This document shows positions 1 through 11,217 of a stretch of DNA of 64,000 nt, one piece after another. How positions within the stretch are numbered: the first letter of the stretch is position 1; each line of letters opens with the position of its first letter. Below the pieces are notes generated by a model. That model made no database searches and was not told where the DNA came from. It worked only from the letters and a program-made list of their open reading frames with translations. This DNA is from Fimicolochytrium jonesii (lineage: Eukaryota): positions 124,001 through 188,000 of the forward strand of contig NW_026515690.1 in the NCBI RefSeq assembly GCF_025526975.1. The letters run 5' to 3'. Made by a program: the position numbers and the translations under genes.

Positions 1-297
1 GCATCACCACGCATATTAGAAGCATACGGCACGGACGACACGGAGGCGTGGCGGGAGGATGGGTTTGCTGTTCATGTCAGCACATCTACAATTCAGGATC
101 AGTCACACGCGAGTGAGGAAGAAGTGATTTTAGGGCTGGGGAGGGAGTTTGGGCAGGTTGCGCTGTATCGGCTTGAATGGGTATCTGATGCGGGCGGGGA
201 GGGGAAGGAAGTGCGGGGAAGGATGATACAGAGGGTTGTGGCGTGCTATGAGGAGATGAGGGGGGTTGAGTCGGATATTGAGGTGGGGAGGAGGTAG
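1..297 (+). CDS. 3' end of a DUF3293-like protein (partial, runs off window start)
   Basis: Frame +1 is open from base 1 to TAG 295-297: ...GTDDTEAWREDGFAV...LGLGREFGQVALY..., resembling the G-x-W-x-E...LG-x-F-x-Q-x-A-I/L pattern I recall for DUF3293. Confidence 0.5.
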   Translation, partial: ASPRILEAYGTDDTEAWREDGFAVHVSTSTIQDQSHASEEEVILGLGREFGQVALYRLEWVSDAGGEGKEVRGRMIQRVVACYEEMRGVESDIEVGRR

Positions 298-464
298 ACG
301 TGGGATATGGGATGTAGCTTGGATTAGCGGAAGGAAGCAGAGCTGAGGGTTGATTATGATTCTCCATGTACATACATACTGCCGCGCAGGCTTCTGATGC
401 AGTTGTTGAATGCATCCGCTACGTACATATGATTTCAGTAAATCGATGTCTGGAAAGGTGAGGG

Positions 465-2040
465 ATGTCTGCGGACTCCAGTGAGGCATGGTTACTGTAC
501 TGTATATATGCGCGTCCCGCCCGCGAAGAAGCACGTCGCCGAAGTCGCAGCCCCCAGGGTTTGGCTCTCACTTCTCCCACCACCCCCAGCAGCCTGTGCA
601 GCAGCCTCAGCGACGCAACACAACAACAGCCCCTATCCCCCAAAACACCCTCCCCCCAAAGGAAGCTTCTCCCCCCCACCACCATGTCGCTCACTCCGCC
701 CGCCTCTCCTCCGTCCAGTCCACGCCCACAGTTCCCCCAAATATCGCGACAAAACTCCGCTGTCCGCCAACGGCCACCGCCAAAGCACCCAGACGACATC
801 ATCCCCACCTCCGCCTCCCAAACAACCCCCCTCTGGTCCGTCTTCTCCCTCAACCCCGCCTCCTCCTTCGCCCTTACCGCCCCACGCGGCGAACCCACCC
901 GCCCTTGGCCAACCCTGTTCCCGCTCTACCCTCACCTCGGCATCCCGCTTCTCATTGTCACACTCATCGTCAGTCTGCCCATCCTCTCATTCACATGGCC
1001 GATTGTACTCGCCCTGTACCCGCTATATTACCTCCTCACCTACGTCTGGCGCGCAAACCACTACGGACATACCCTCCACCCGGTCCCCTGGAACGAGGCG
1101 TGGAAGGTTCTCCCGCCCGCCAACGCAAAGAACGCCCCCGGGCTCCCGCCGAGTCTCTACGGAGTCTGGCAGATGAGTGGCAACCCGTTGCCGGATGCGT
1201 TGATGACGTTTGCGGGGGGCGTGCCGAGTGTGGTCGAGTTGGGTGAGGATGACGTGGGGATCCATGAGGGACCGAAAAGGAAGAGGGCGAGGAGGATGCA
1301 GAGGAGGTATACCTTGAAGGTGTATGAGCAGAATACTTGGACTTGGCATGGAGATATCTTTGGGACGGCGCTTTATCATGAGGTTAAGAGGAATCGACTG
1401 AGATATGAGGGGAGGTTTAGTGAGGTGAGTGACGTGAAGCGATAGCGAGCGAGCGAGGACGAATGCAGTGAGTGCATGCGAAGCGAGTCCCTTGCGCCGA
1501 AGGCGCAATACCCCTGACACGCTATTTAGCGAGCACTGGCGAGCGTCAGATCTTTTGCGAGCGAAGCGAGCACGCTCCGCCCATCGCAACCCAACCTCCT
1601 CGTTGTGAGCGGAGCGAGCAGGATGTCATCAATCAAACATCAATAAACCATCAACCATGGCTCACTTTCACATCCGCTCATCAAACCCATCCCTCCCTCA
1701 ATCTTAGGACCTGAAATACGCGCAAATCTACCCAATAGTAACCATCCCCTTCGTCGACCAAGACGTCGTAGTCCCGCCCTACCTCGCCTGCTTCACTCTC
1801 CGAGAGGTCGGCGAAGGCCACTGGATCCGCGAGAGTTGGTTCTTTTGCATCCGGATGCTCGATTACCATTTCGTGAGGGTTGTGGATGAGAAGGGGAGGA
1901 GGGATGAGGAGAGGTGGGATATGTGTAGTCGGAGTCGGGTGCCGGGGCGCACGATGTTGGTTGCGAAGAGTGTGCCTTCGACAGAGAGCGTGGGTAAGAG
2001 TAGGGCGAAAGGCAGGACGACCGACGGAGGGAGGAAGTGA
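465..2040 (+). CDS. Hypothetical membrane protein, 2 exons (465-1424, 1708-2040); start uncertain
   Basis: Pro/Ser-rich N-terminus, hydrophobic segments (LGIPLLIVTLIVSLPILSFTWPIVLALYPLYYLL), then GVWQMSGNPLPD. Phase-0 intron GTGAGT(1425)...CTTAG(1707) joins in frame to DLKYAQIYP...GGRK*. Confidence 0.7.
1425..1707 (+). mobile_element. 283-nt intron carrying a dispersed GAGC/GNA-hairpin repeat element (copy A; candidate introner-like element)
   Basis: 1492-1627 aligns by eye with 9405-9535. Contains perfect hairpin TTGCGCC-GAA-GGCGCAA (1492-1508), GAGCGAAGCGAG (1559-1570) and a CAA(C/T)-rich tail. Confidence 0.6.
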
Positions 2041-3166
2041 GGAAGGATATATTTGTTGAGACGATAAGCTTTTATTTTTGGACTTTCTTATGCCGTTGTG
2101 TACTGTACATCGTTCGACGCTTTAGAGGGAACTGGAGAAGGTACAGTTCTCGACGGACCACACATTCACATTCCCGACGTTCATATCCTTATTCATGTTT
2201 AATACGTTTAATGGCATCTCATAACATATCACATTTCATCGCTTCATCACTACGTATCATTCTCAAATTCATCTTCACATCACACCAATAGGACCAGGGT
2301 GGAGCGCTCAGCGCTTGAACTATGCGAGTCTCTCTCTCTCAGGACCACCTTTGCGGAGTTGAAGATCTCCTTGCAGGGTTGCTCGCTCACCTCGTCACAT
2401 CTGCATGTGCAACGGCGCATGAGTTGGCTTCATGTAAATACATACATGCGTATGACTCCGCTCAAACACACATTCATAAAATGTCCCTTCCCATCCAGAC
2501 ACACATCCTCACATAACCGGTAACAGTTATCAGGTTCCATACGGCAACCCATACTAAGCGATGCTGACATAAGACGGAAGGGCTTTTAACAAAATGACTG
2601 TTGCACACTTTTACGACCCGGTGACCCTTGTAGGAAGGTCCCGCACATCCGAAGGAGGCAAGGAGGGTTGTGGGTGAAAAGAGTATGCGTTTTGGGACCG
2701 GGGAAAAGGGGAGGCATCGAGCTTTCGGGACGAAGGGCGATGAGGGGCGGGTTCGTGCGGAAAGGGGGATGCGGTCGCTGGGTATGATGAGGTTGATGAG
2801 GGTGTTGGTGGGCTGTGGCAGATGGCCTGATGCAAGATTGCGGTCGGCCAGATGTCCAATCCGTTTGGGGGAACAAACGGGGCGACGAAAGAGAAAACGC
2901 AAGTGGGAAGTCCCTGCGCCACACCCGCCTGCGCCACAGACTGACAGGATGGACGCTGTCACTCGCATTCTCGACAGTCCAAAAGAAATGCACCCAATGG
3001 AGGCTCCGGATGTTGCTCGCATCCCTTGGATTTGTGAAAAGGACAGAACGTCTATGGGAACGTGTGTCTAGGTAGACGATATGTCTGTATTACGCCAGGG
3101 ATGTACACTACTCTATATGTCCCGGTGACATGGTTCGGGTTACGCTGACACTTTCGCAGGGGCCGC

Positions 3167-4240
3167 CTAGATGCACTTCTTGCCGTTGGGCGCACACTTG
3201 TATTGGAAAGCAGCGCCGGGCTTCGAGTATTCCTGGATGATCGGAGAACAGACGAAATTAGCGTCAGGAAAGGGCATCGGCGAGCAAACATAAAGACAAA
3301 GCGATAAACGTACCGAAGTGCAACACTTGCTCTTACAATCCGAGCTCTTCGCGCACTTCTCCCAATCACCCGCTCCTCCGCTACCACCACCACCACCACC
3401 ACCACCCCCACCATACTTGTCAATGTTTTCCTGAATCCACCCTTTGTAAGCCCCCACCCTCGTGTAAATCCCCGGGTTATCCTTCCTCGCACACCCAATT
3501 CCCCAACTCACAATCCCATACAGCATAGGCTTCGCTCCCTTCACATACAACGGGCCGCCCGAATCGCCCTGGCAAGAATCCTTCCCTTCCTTCCCCGCGC
3601 ATATCACATTCGCGATGTAGGGAGCTGCACCGGACACTTGTCTAGCGCAAGTGGCAGCGTCTACGGCCGGGAGATCGACCTCCTGCAGCACCTGCGCAGT
3701 GTTCCCACCCTCCGTCAACGCTCCCCACCCAGTCGCCGAGTACACCCCAACATCCCAGGCCACATTGCCCGCCGTCCTACTCCCCACCCAATCCGCAAAC
3801 GTGTTCTGCTGCTTCCCGAAGTTACTAGCCTGCTGCACAGCAACAATCGCCACATCGTTCGCGCTGTCCGCTTTATTGTACCCCGGATGCGCCACCACCG
3901 CCGTCGCCTTCCACTGGATCGCGCCCTCGGCGTCGGGGGTAACGGCGAGATTGTACCGGTACGAGGTGAACTTGACTTGCGCGGGCGTCGCGAGCTTGTC
4001 CTGCCAGACGCAGTGCGCGGCGGTGAGGACGATCCCGGGGGCGATGAGACTGCCTCCACACCACCACCCAGCGCCAGATGCATCTTGGATTTCAAGGAGA
4101 CCCATCCAGTCGTGATGCGAGGAGGTTTGGCCGCCGACGATGGGGGGTACGGACTCGGTGGGTGGGTGCGGGATGGACGCGGAGAGGACGCCCGGTGCGA
4201 GAAGGGCGCCGGCGGTGGCGAGGAGTGTTAGGCGGACCAT
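3167..4240 (-). CDS. Secreted trypsin-like serine protease (S1A) with Gly linker and small C-terminal Cys-rich domain
   Basis: Signal peptide, IVGG mature N-terminus, LTAAHC, NDVAIV, KDSCQGDSGGP. Poly-Gly linker from an (ACC)n tract; probable in-frame intron ~3234-3311. Confidence 0.93.
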   Translation of the reverse strand: MVRLTLLATAGALLAPGVLSASIPHPPTESVPPIVGGQTSSHHDWMGLLEIQDASGAGWWCGGSLIAPGIVLTAAHCVWQDKLATPAQVKFTSYRYNLAVTPDAEGAIQWKATAVVAHPGYNKADSANDVAIVAVQQASNFGKQQNTFADWVGSRTAGNVAWDVGVYSATGWGALTEGGNTAQVLQEVDLPAVDAATCARQVSGAAPYIANVICAGKEGKDSCQGDSGGPLYVKGAKPMLYGIVSWGIGCARKDNPGIYTRVGAYKGWIQENIDKYGGGGGGGGGGSGGAGDWEKCAKSSDCKSKCCTSVRLSLCLYVCSPMPFPDANFVCSPIIQEYSKPGAAFQYKCAPNGKKCI

Positions 4241-5775
4241 GGTGGGTGGTTGGGGGCGGGTGGAAGGAGGTGGGGTGGGATGCGGGAAACAGTGATGCCG
4301 AAGCCGTAACCCTCTCCCTTATACTCCTTCCGCCTGCATCATATCTCCTCCATCCTCGTCCCCCTTCAATACGGCACGCTCGGTCGATTGGAGACGGGGT
4401 CCCGTCACATTTCGACTCGGAATACGATCGGCCCCGGCCCGTCTCACATGCCTCCACCCCGTCCTACATCGCACTTGGAAGTTGGCCGTACGTCAATCAT
4501 TGCGTTACATTGCATTCCGGATATCTCGACGGCCACCAAATGCGGCGTGATGTGGTGTACTGTACGTGTTAGCGCGACGGGGAAGGCTTACCGGTGCGGT
4601 GTCTGCGGCGTGTCTGTTGCAGGCTTGCACCTTCAAGTTGCCGCGCAATGCATAGTGGACTGTACTATAGCTACTGTACATGTACCAACAACGCAATAGG
4701 ACAGTACAGTACATCCGCGGATGCTACTATTGCCGTTCACTAAAGGGCGCCTGTGCAAGTGGCTGGTGACGCACCTGCACGACAGTACACCAGATTACCT
4801 TTGTGACTTTTATGGTTGTTCCTTGCAATAAACGGTGGGGTAATCTCATTATTGTGCAGAATTCCGACCGACCGACTCGTCACCGAACGCACGCCGAATT
4901 TGGACCGCACTTGGGACAACCAGGATACGTGATTCCCGAAGCCCACTGCACCCGCAAGATCGTCGATGTCATACCGCCGTCGGAAAGTACATTATATGGG
5001 TTTGGCGTCCGATGTCCGCTGCTGACTTCGCCGTTGTGCGCGTTGCCGAAATGTCATTTCGGAGTTGACTTACGCGTACCACCTCAGCTGTGGCCACAAC
5101 GTTGTCAAATTGGCGAGTTGCGTTATGAAATATTGGGAAGTACTGTATGTTAAGTTGGGCGGCCATCATAAATATCATCGTCGGAGTTTGCAATGTGACG
5201 TCCCGCGTACAGGTGTCCCCACTTTCCCAGTATTGCATTTCGCCCGGTGCGACCCCAGTTCGTCACATCCAAAACGGCGGTGCCTTCAACTCATAGCTCA
5301 CAATAATAAGCAAATGTGAAATCAAAGTATGCAGTAGGGTCGTCCGCGGGCACTATGTATGCCACTTCTGTATTGCATTTCGTCCAGCGCCTAGTGTCCC
5401 CCAGGCGCCCTGCGTTCCATTATTGTTTCCTGGGGATCTCGGGGACGACGCCACCCATCTGATCGAAGTGTGCTTGCCGTCTCATAAGCGGGAAGGCGTC
5501 TAGATAGGTAGGTAGTCGGACAACGCAATGAACGGGTGTTTCGCCAAGGCCGGGTGGTGAAACCCGTGTGATGCAAAGCGCCGCTTATCTCCCAATTTCG
5601 CCCAACGTCCGCCTTCCTGATGTCTCGCGCTGCTGCTCTGCTACAGGGGTCGTGCAGTAGCGATACACATCACATAACGGACGGATAGGATGATGGCTCC
5701 ATATAAAAAGAGAGAGCTGCAGTCCCCGTCCCCTCCCTGGTTACCCATCCATCACCCCCACATCTGCGCTCCAAC

Positions 5776-7745
5776 ATGTTACGCCTCTCCTCCCTCGCCC
5801 TAGCGGCCACCCTCCTCTCCGCCACAACTCTCTCTTCCCTCGCCGCACCCACCCCTCCCTCCTCCGCCGGCCTCACCGCCTTCCGTCGCCAGCCCACTTT
5901 CACCACCCTCGGGCTCGGCGATCCCGTCACCGCCTCCCTCCGCGCCAACGACACCTCGGCCGGCGATGATGACACTGCTGCGGCATTGAAGTACCTGGCC
6001 GAGAAGACGGGCGTGGCTGTGGAGCAACTGGACGTCGTGGAGACGTATGTGGGGAGTAATGGGGTTCGGCATGTTTATGTGAAGGGTGTTGTTGGTGGTG
6101 TTCGCGTACGTACCATTTGCGTCTCCTTCTTGCGCAAGAGGGGATACTGATTCTCTGGATTGGTATGTGTGCAGGTTGGCAACCAAGACGCGAATGTGTC
6201 GATTAAGGACGGCAAGGTGCTTTCGTGGGGGAGTTCGTTGCCCACCGGGCAGACTCTGCTTCCCGCCAAGGTCGACGAACCCGCGAACGGTGGGGTCAGT
6301 GAAGAGGACGCCATCACCACCGCCGAACGCACCCTGGGTCTCAAGAGGACCACCACACCCACCACCCACCAGTATGTGGAGACAGGCGAGGGCCGCTACG
6401 AGTACACCCACACCTTCCAGCTCCGCTCCGCCCCCGACGCGCCCAAGCTCGAGTGGGTTGAGGTCGACGTCTCAACCACGACCGGAAAGATCGTCAGCGT
6501 GACCTCCTGGGTCGCGAGTGCAAAGTACACCGTTGCCAATATCAGAGGCGCGGGGAACCCGGAGACGGAGATTCTGGTCAAGAACGATCCTGCTAGGCAG
6601 GGGCCGAGTCCGTTGGGGTGGCATAACGACGGGAAGGCCAGTTATACGGTCACGAAGGGGAACAATGCGTATTCCCAGAAGGAGGGGGGACAGCCCGTCA
6701 GCGGCGGCGCCAACAACGAGTACACCAAAACCTACAGCTCTAAACAAGCCCCGGACTCGCAGAACAACGTGGAAGCGGCGGTAACCAACGGGTTCTATGT
6801 TGCGAACGCGATGCATGATCTGTTCTGGTTCTATGGGTTTGATGAGAAGGCCGGGAACTTTCAGGCCACGAATAGGGACGGTGGGAAGGGGGGCGATCCG
6901 GTTAAGGTTGTTGTGCAGGGGAAGGCGATGACGTCTAATGCGAATTTCGGGACGCCGCCCGATGGGCTGGAGCCTGTGGTGAGTGTTTCGTTTTGAGGAT
7001 TCAACAACGTACAAGTTTTCCCCTCGCTAACCGCTCGTGGCTTTCGCCCCGCCTCCCCCCTCGCGTACAGCTCACCACATTCGTCTTCACCGACACCCAA
7101 CCCGGCCGCGACCCGGCGATGGAAACCGACATCATGATCCACGAATACGGCCACGGGATCTCCACGCGTCTCACGGGCGGCCCGGCCAACTCCAACTGCC
7201 TCGCCTCCGGCGAAGGTGCGGGCCTGGGCGAAGGGTGGTCCGACAGCCTCGCGATGTTCATTCAACGTAAAGCGTCGCACACTCGCAACACGGATCTCGT
7301 CATTGGCGCGTGGGCGACGAATAACCCGAAGGGGGTGCGGTCGTACCCGTACTCGACGGATAAGGGGCGGAACCCGTTGATGTATGGGACGTTGGGCGAG
7401 CCCGGGAAGAATGAGGCGCATGCGATGGGGGAGGTGTGGGCCACCATGTGGAATGAGGTTTATTGGAATCTCGTGGATAAGGCTGGGTTCTATGACGATA
7501 TCTATAACGCCGGGCTGGAGAAGGGGAATATTGTCGCGATGCATATTTTGATAGATGGACTGGCGCTGCAGCCGTGTAATCCGACGTTTGTGGCGGCGAG
7601 GGATGCGGTGCTGCAGGCGGAGATGACGAGGTATGGCGGGAAGTATCGATGTGCGGTTTGGAAGGGGTTTGCGAAGAGAGGGTTGGGGGTTAGCGCGAAG
7701 GCGGGCGTTTTCGTGAATAAGGTGGATGTGCCTCAGGGGTGTTAG
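5776..7745 (+). CDS. Secreted fungalysin metallopeptidase (M36), 3 exons
   Basis: Signal peptide, propeptide, TKGNNA, YGFDEKAGNFQ, HEYGHGIS zinc motif, GEGWSD, ALQPCNPTF. Introns ~6107-6175 and ~6979-7070. Confidence 0.95.
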
Positions 7746-9030
7746 ATGTGGGATAGAAGGTGACGTTTCCGTAGATGTTGGACGCCATACACGTAGAGCT
7801 TATGAGAGGGGCGGCGTACGTTCTTCACTAGATGCCACGGGTAGATAGATACCGTACGATGCTGTACAAATACAAATACAATGCTTTAAACTTCTTAACG
7901 TGAATGTTCACTGGATGAACCTATTCAGAGATCTTGCCGATGCATTCGCGACCCCTCACAAATGCTGTTAAATGTCGCCGTCCGTCGATGCCCCTCATAC
8001 TCTCACACCCCGTTGTTGTGATCTCAAAAAACTCGGCCATTGCAAGAGACGCCGTCCCGTTGTGGAGCACTCTCATTTCTCATCGCCGGAGCTCCTTCTG
8101 CGGATTCCAAAGCCGAAGGACTCTGTGAGCTCCGGAGGGACGCATTGGAAGTCACAAGTCGTATGCCCGGAAAAGACGCGTGCGATTGGGGAAGTCACCT
8201 CCCTCCCTCTTGGTGTGACATGTCCGAAAGCCGCTCCCTCTCCTCCGCTCTTCCCTTCCGCTGCCGTCGCTCCCGTCGCTCCAACAACAACAACCACTGT
8301 CCTCCTACGCCAACTCGCTCACCCTTTCCAGGCTGTCTCAGGCTCCCGCTCCCGTGAAGGCTCTCCTCCGCTCGGAGCACTTGCACTCTCGTCTCCTTCT
8401 TGAGGATAACACAGAGTTGCGTTACCCTCCGGCTCCGGCAGCTGGTCACTTGACCAACCAACCCCCACCAGCCCCTCCGCCGCAGGGGTCACTTCTCACA
8501 ACCCAACAGCAACGACAACCTTCAGAGATTCAAATCCCCCCTGCTAGCTACCTCTGCCTCCCTGGACTCCGGCTCCGGCTCCGCTGAACAAATCTCCACT
8601 CTGACGATCAATCTAGCACTTTGCATTCCACAACTCCCGAGCACAAAAGACTGCCTCCTCCGCTCCGGCTCCGATATCTGTTTTAATCAGCACTAATAAC
8701 GTTCTCTCCGGCAAAGGCTCAAACGGTCCCCGCTTCTGAATCCCCCGGCTAGAAAAGCCCCGCACCTCACACCGTTCCCCCGCCCCACTTCGAGACGTCA
8801 TCGGTCTTGAAGCGAGCGGACAATATATATATCCCATGTTGCGATCTTCACGGCGCTGTTTGCTGGTAAAGCCAAAGCCACCTGCACTGTTCACCTCGCA
8901 CGTTCAATATCTCTACTCGATCTCAAGCCGGCAACCATCATCTTCATCGTTCCGAATCAGACGCTCAATACCCAAGCCTTCTTCATCATTCCCAACCTTT
9001 CGACTCGCATCAACCGCAACATCACAAGCC

Positions 9031-10680
9031 ATGCCCATCGCCACTCCCACTCCCACTCCCACTCCCACCCCCTCATCTTCCGCCACATCCGAACAAACCC
9101 TCCACTCCCTCCTTACACTCAACCATACATCCCACCACATCGAATACAGAGGATATCTATCAAACCATCTCGTTCATCATCTATCGGCATTGTACTTTTT
9201 GGGTGCGACGAGTGAGAGGTTGAGGGAGGTTTATGATTGGCATACGGAGTTGGAGGGATGTACGAGGGAGGAGGAAGAGGTGGGGGAGGGGAATTGGAGG
9301 CGGTTTTTGGGGCTGAGGAGGTAAGCGTAAAGATGAGCGAAGCGAGGCGCGGGGATGATTGATGCAGGCGAACCACGAGGCGAGCGCGAGCGGAGTGAGC
9401 AACATTGCGCCGGAGGCGCTATACTCCCCTCATCACGGTATTTGCGAGCACCGGCGAGCGTCAGATCTTGAAGCGAGCGAAGCGAGCTTCGCCTCCGCCC
9501 ACTATCCTCGCCGCGACCGGAGCGAGCAGGGTATCGTTCAACCAACCAACCAACCAATCATCGCGCCAACCATCAATCGCATGACTGACACTGGACTTCT
9601 ATCTGTCTTTTGAAGGAACTATGCAGGCCTTCTCGCGCATTTCACCCGCGAACTCGATCGACACCCTCTTGACCACGTCCTAGCAACCTACCTCCCCGTT
9701 CTGATCCCGGGCATGCACGGCTCGGCCCTCCACCCACTCATTCACCTCGGCTACGCATGCGAGCTCGATTCACAACTCATATTCGCTGAAGCGCTCGCTT
9801 ATTGCACGTTTTCTTACCTCCCCGTCGAAAAGAGGGATCACAATACCCTCAATGGGACGTCGGGGGATTTGGGGATTGAAGAGGTGCTGGAACGTGTTAG
9901 GACGGATGAACGGTTGGGTGAGGAAAAGCTGTTTGGGAAGAAGGGAAGGAATGGGCAGTTTCAGGAGAAGGTGGCGGATGTTGTTGGGAAGGCCGGGGGT
10001 GTGCTTGGGGAGTATGCGGGGATGTGGAGGCAAGGTGCGTTTTCAAACCCTCACATTCCACATGTCGGCGGACAACTTACGAAAGTCACTTTACGATTAT
10101 TCTCTTCTGCGCAGACCCCGACCCTTCACGAGCACTGAACGACCTCCAGAAAACAGCAACAGCCCTCCTCTCCACCTTCAAAGAGGTCTCCACCACCTCG
10201 TCACATTCAGCTACACCGAAACTCGACTTTTTCCTCCTCCACCTCCTCACATCCACCCACGCCGTCCTGCAGATCCTCACGCACCCTGCCCTCAAGTCCC
10301 TCCACACCTCTCACCCCAATCTCGCCACCTCTCTCATTCACAATCAGTATCTGAGCATCCTTGTGGTTTATATCACCCAGGGACGGCCTGTGATGACACC
10401 GGACCGGGTGGCGGACCGATATAGGGGTGTGATACCCCCTGGGGATGCACAGGGTGTTTGGAAGGGCTTGAGGGTGAGTGCGGTGGGGACGGGGGATGAG
10501 CACGCCACGAAGGCGGTTTGGACGCTGTGGAGGTGGTATGAGGAAACGAAGAGCGAGAAAGGGGATGATGAGGAGGAGAGAAGGGGGTATCTTTTGGCGG
10601 CGATGGCGGTGAGGGAGATGGTGATGGGGCCCGAGAGGGAGGGGAGGGATAATTGGGAGTATCGCGGGGTTGGGTGGTGA
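9031..10680 (+). CDS. Questin oxidase-like / HypA / AflY-family oxidoreductase (DUF4243), 3 exons; start may be 8836
   Basis: NHLVHHLSALYFLGA, HPLIHLGYA, DFFLLHLLTS and DEHATK motifs. Introns 9321-9615 and ~10035-10113 restore the frame. Confidence 0.88.
9321..9615 (+). mobile_element. 295-nt intron carrying the GAGC/GNA-hairpin repeat element (copy B)
   Basis: GTAAGC...GAAG intron with core homologous to 1492-1627. GCGCC-GGA-GGCGC hairpin (9407-9419), GAGCGAAGCGAG at 9335 and 9475, (CAAC)n tail. Confidence 0.6.
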
Positions 10681-11217
10681 GATTTTCGAGGGGGAGGCGA
10701 TGGGGTGTGTTTTTTGTTTTAGTTTTTTGAAATTTAGGTTTTTTTGGTTTGTCAACGGGAATCAGATTTTGCGCATCTAGGTTGCTTTTTTTTTGGCGTT
10801 GGGAGAGCAGTCTCATACCTGATCGATCTGCTTTACGACCGTAACGTCGAGATCAGACGGAGATGTGTCTTGTCAGGTGGTAGGGGGGCAACTCTCCAAG
10901 TCCAGTGTGACCTTCGTTTCACCCATTCCTTCATTCTTACGCACAAGCATTTATCATACAGAAATTCCCACGCTATGTACACTCTAGTCTCCTCCCTTAT
11001 CATACCGAAAATCCCTACGCTTCGGTCTCCCAATGCACATTCGAGATCTCGCAAAGAGGGTGTCCAGATTTTATCTCCGACCGCTCCAGCTTTTCGCCGC
11101 CTGGCGGGTCGGTCGCGAGGGGGTTGCTGCTGGCTCTGCCGTCTTCACCCGCTTGGACTGCGTAACAGAGGCGTAAGGTATCAGCAAAAACATCCGATAT
11201 GGGAACAGGAAAGATGG

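Noticed and set aside
5230..5390. ~20-bp imperfect direct repeat (GTATTGCATTTCG) 140 bp apart in the trypsin-fungalysin intergenic region
   Set aside because: Short and only two copies; a regulatory role cannot be supported.
8320..8780. Scattered CTCCGG/CTCCCG repeats with Pro/Gln-rich short ORFs
   Set aside because: Low complexity with no continuous reading frame or recognisable family.
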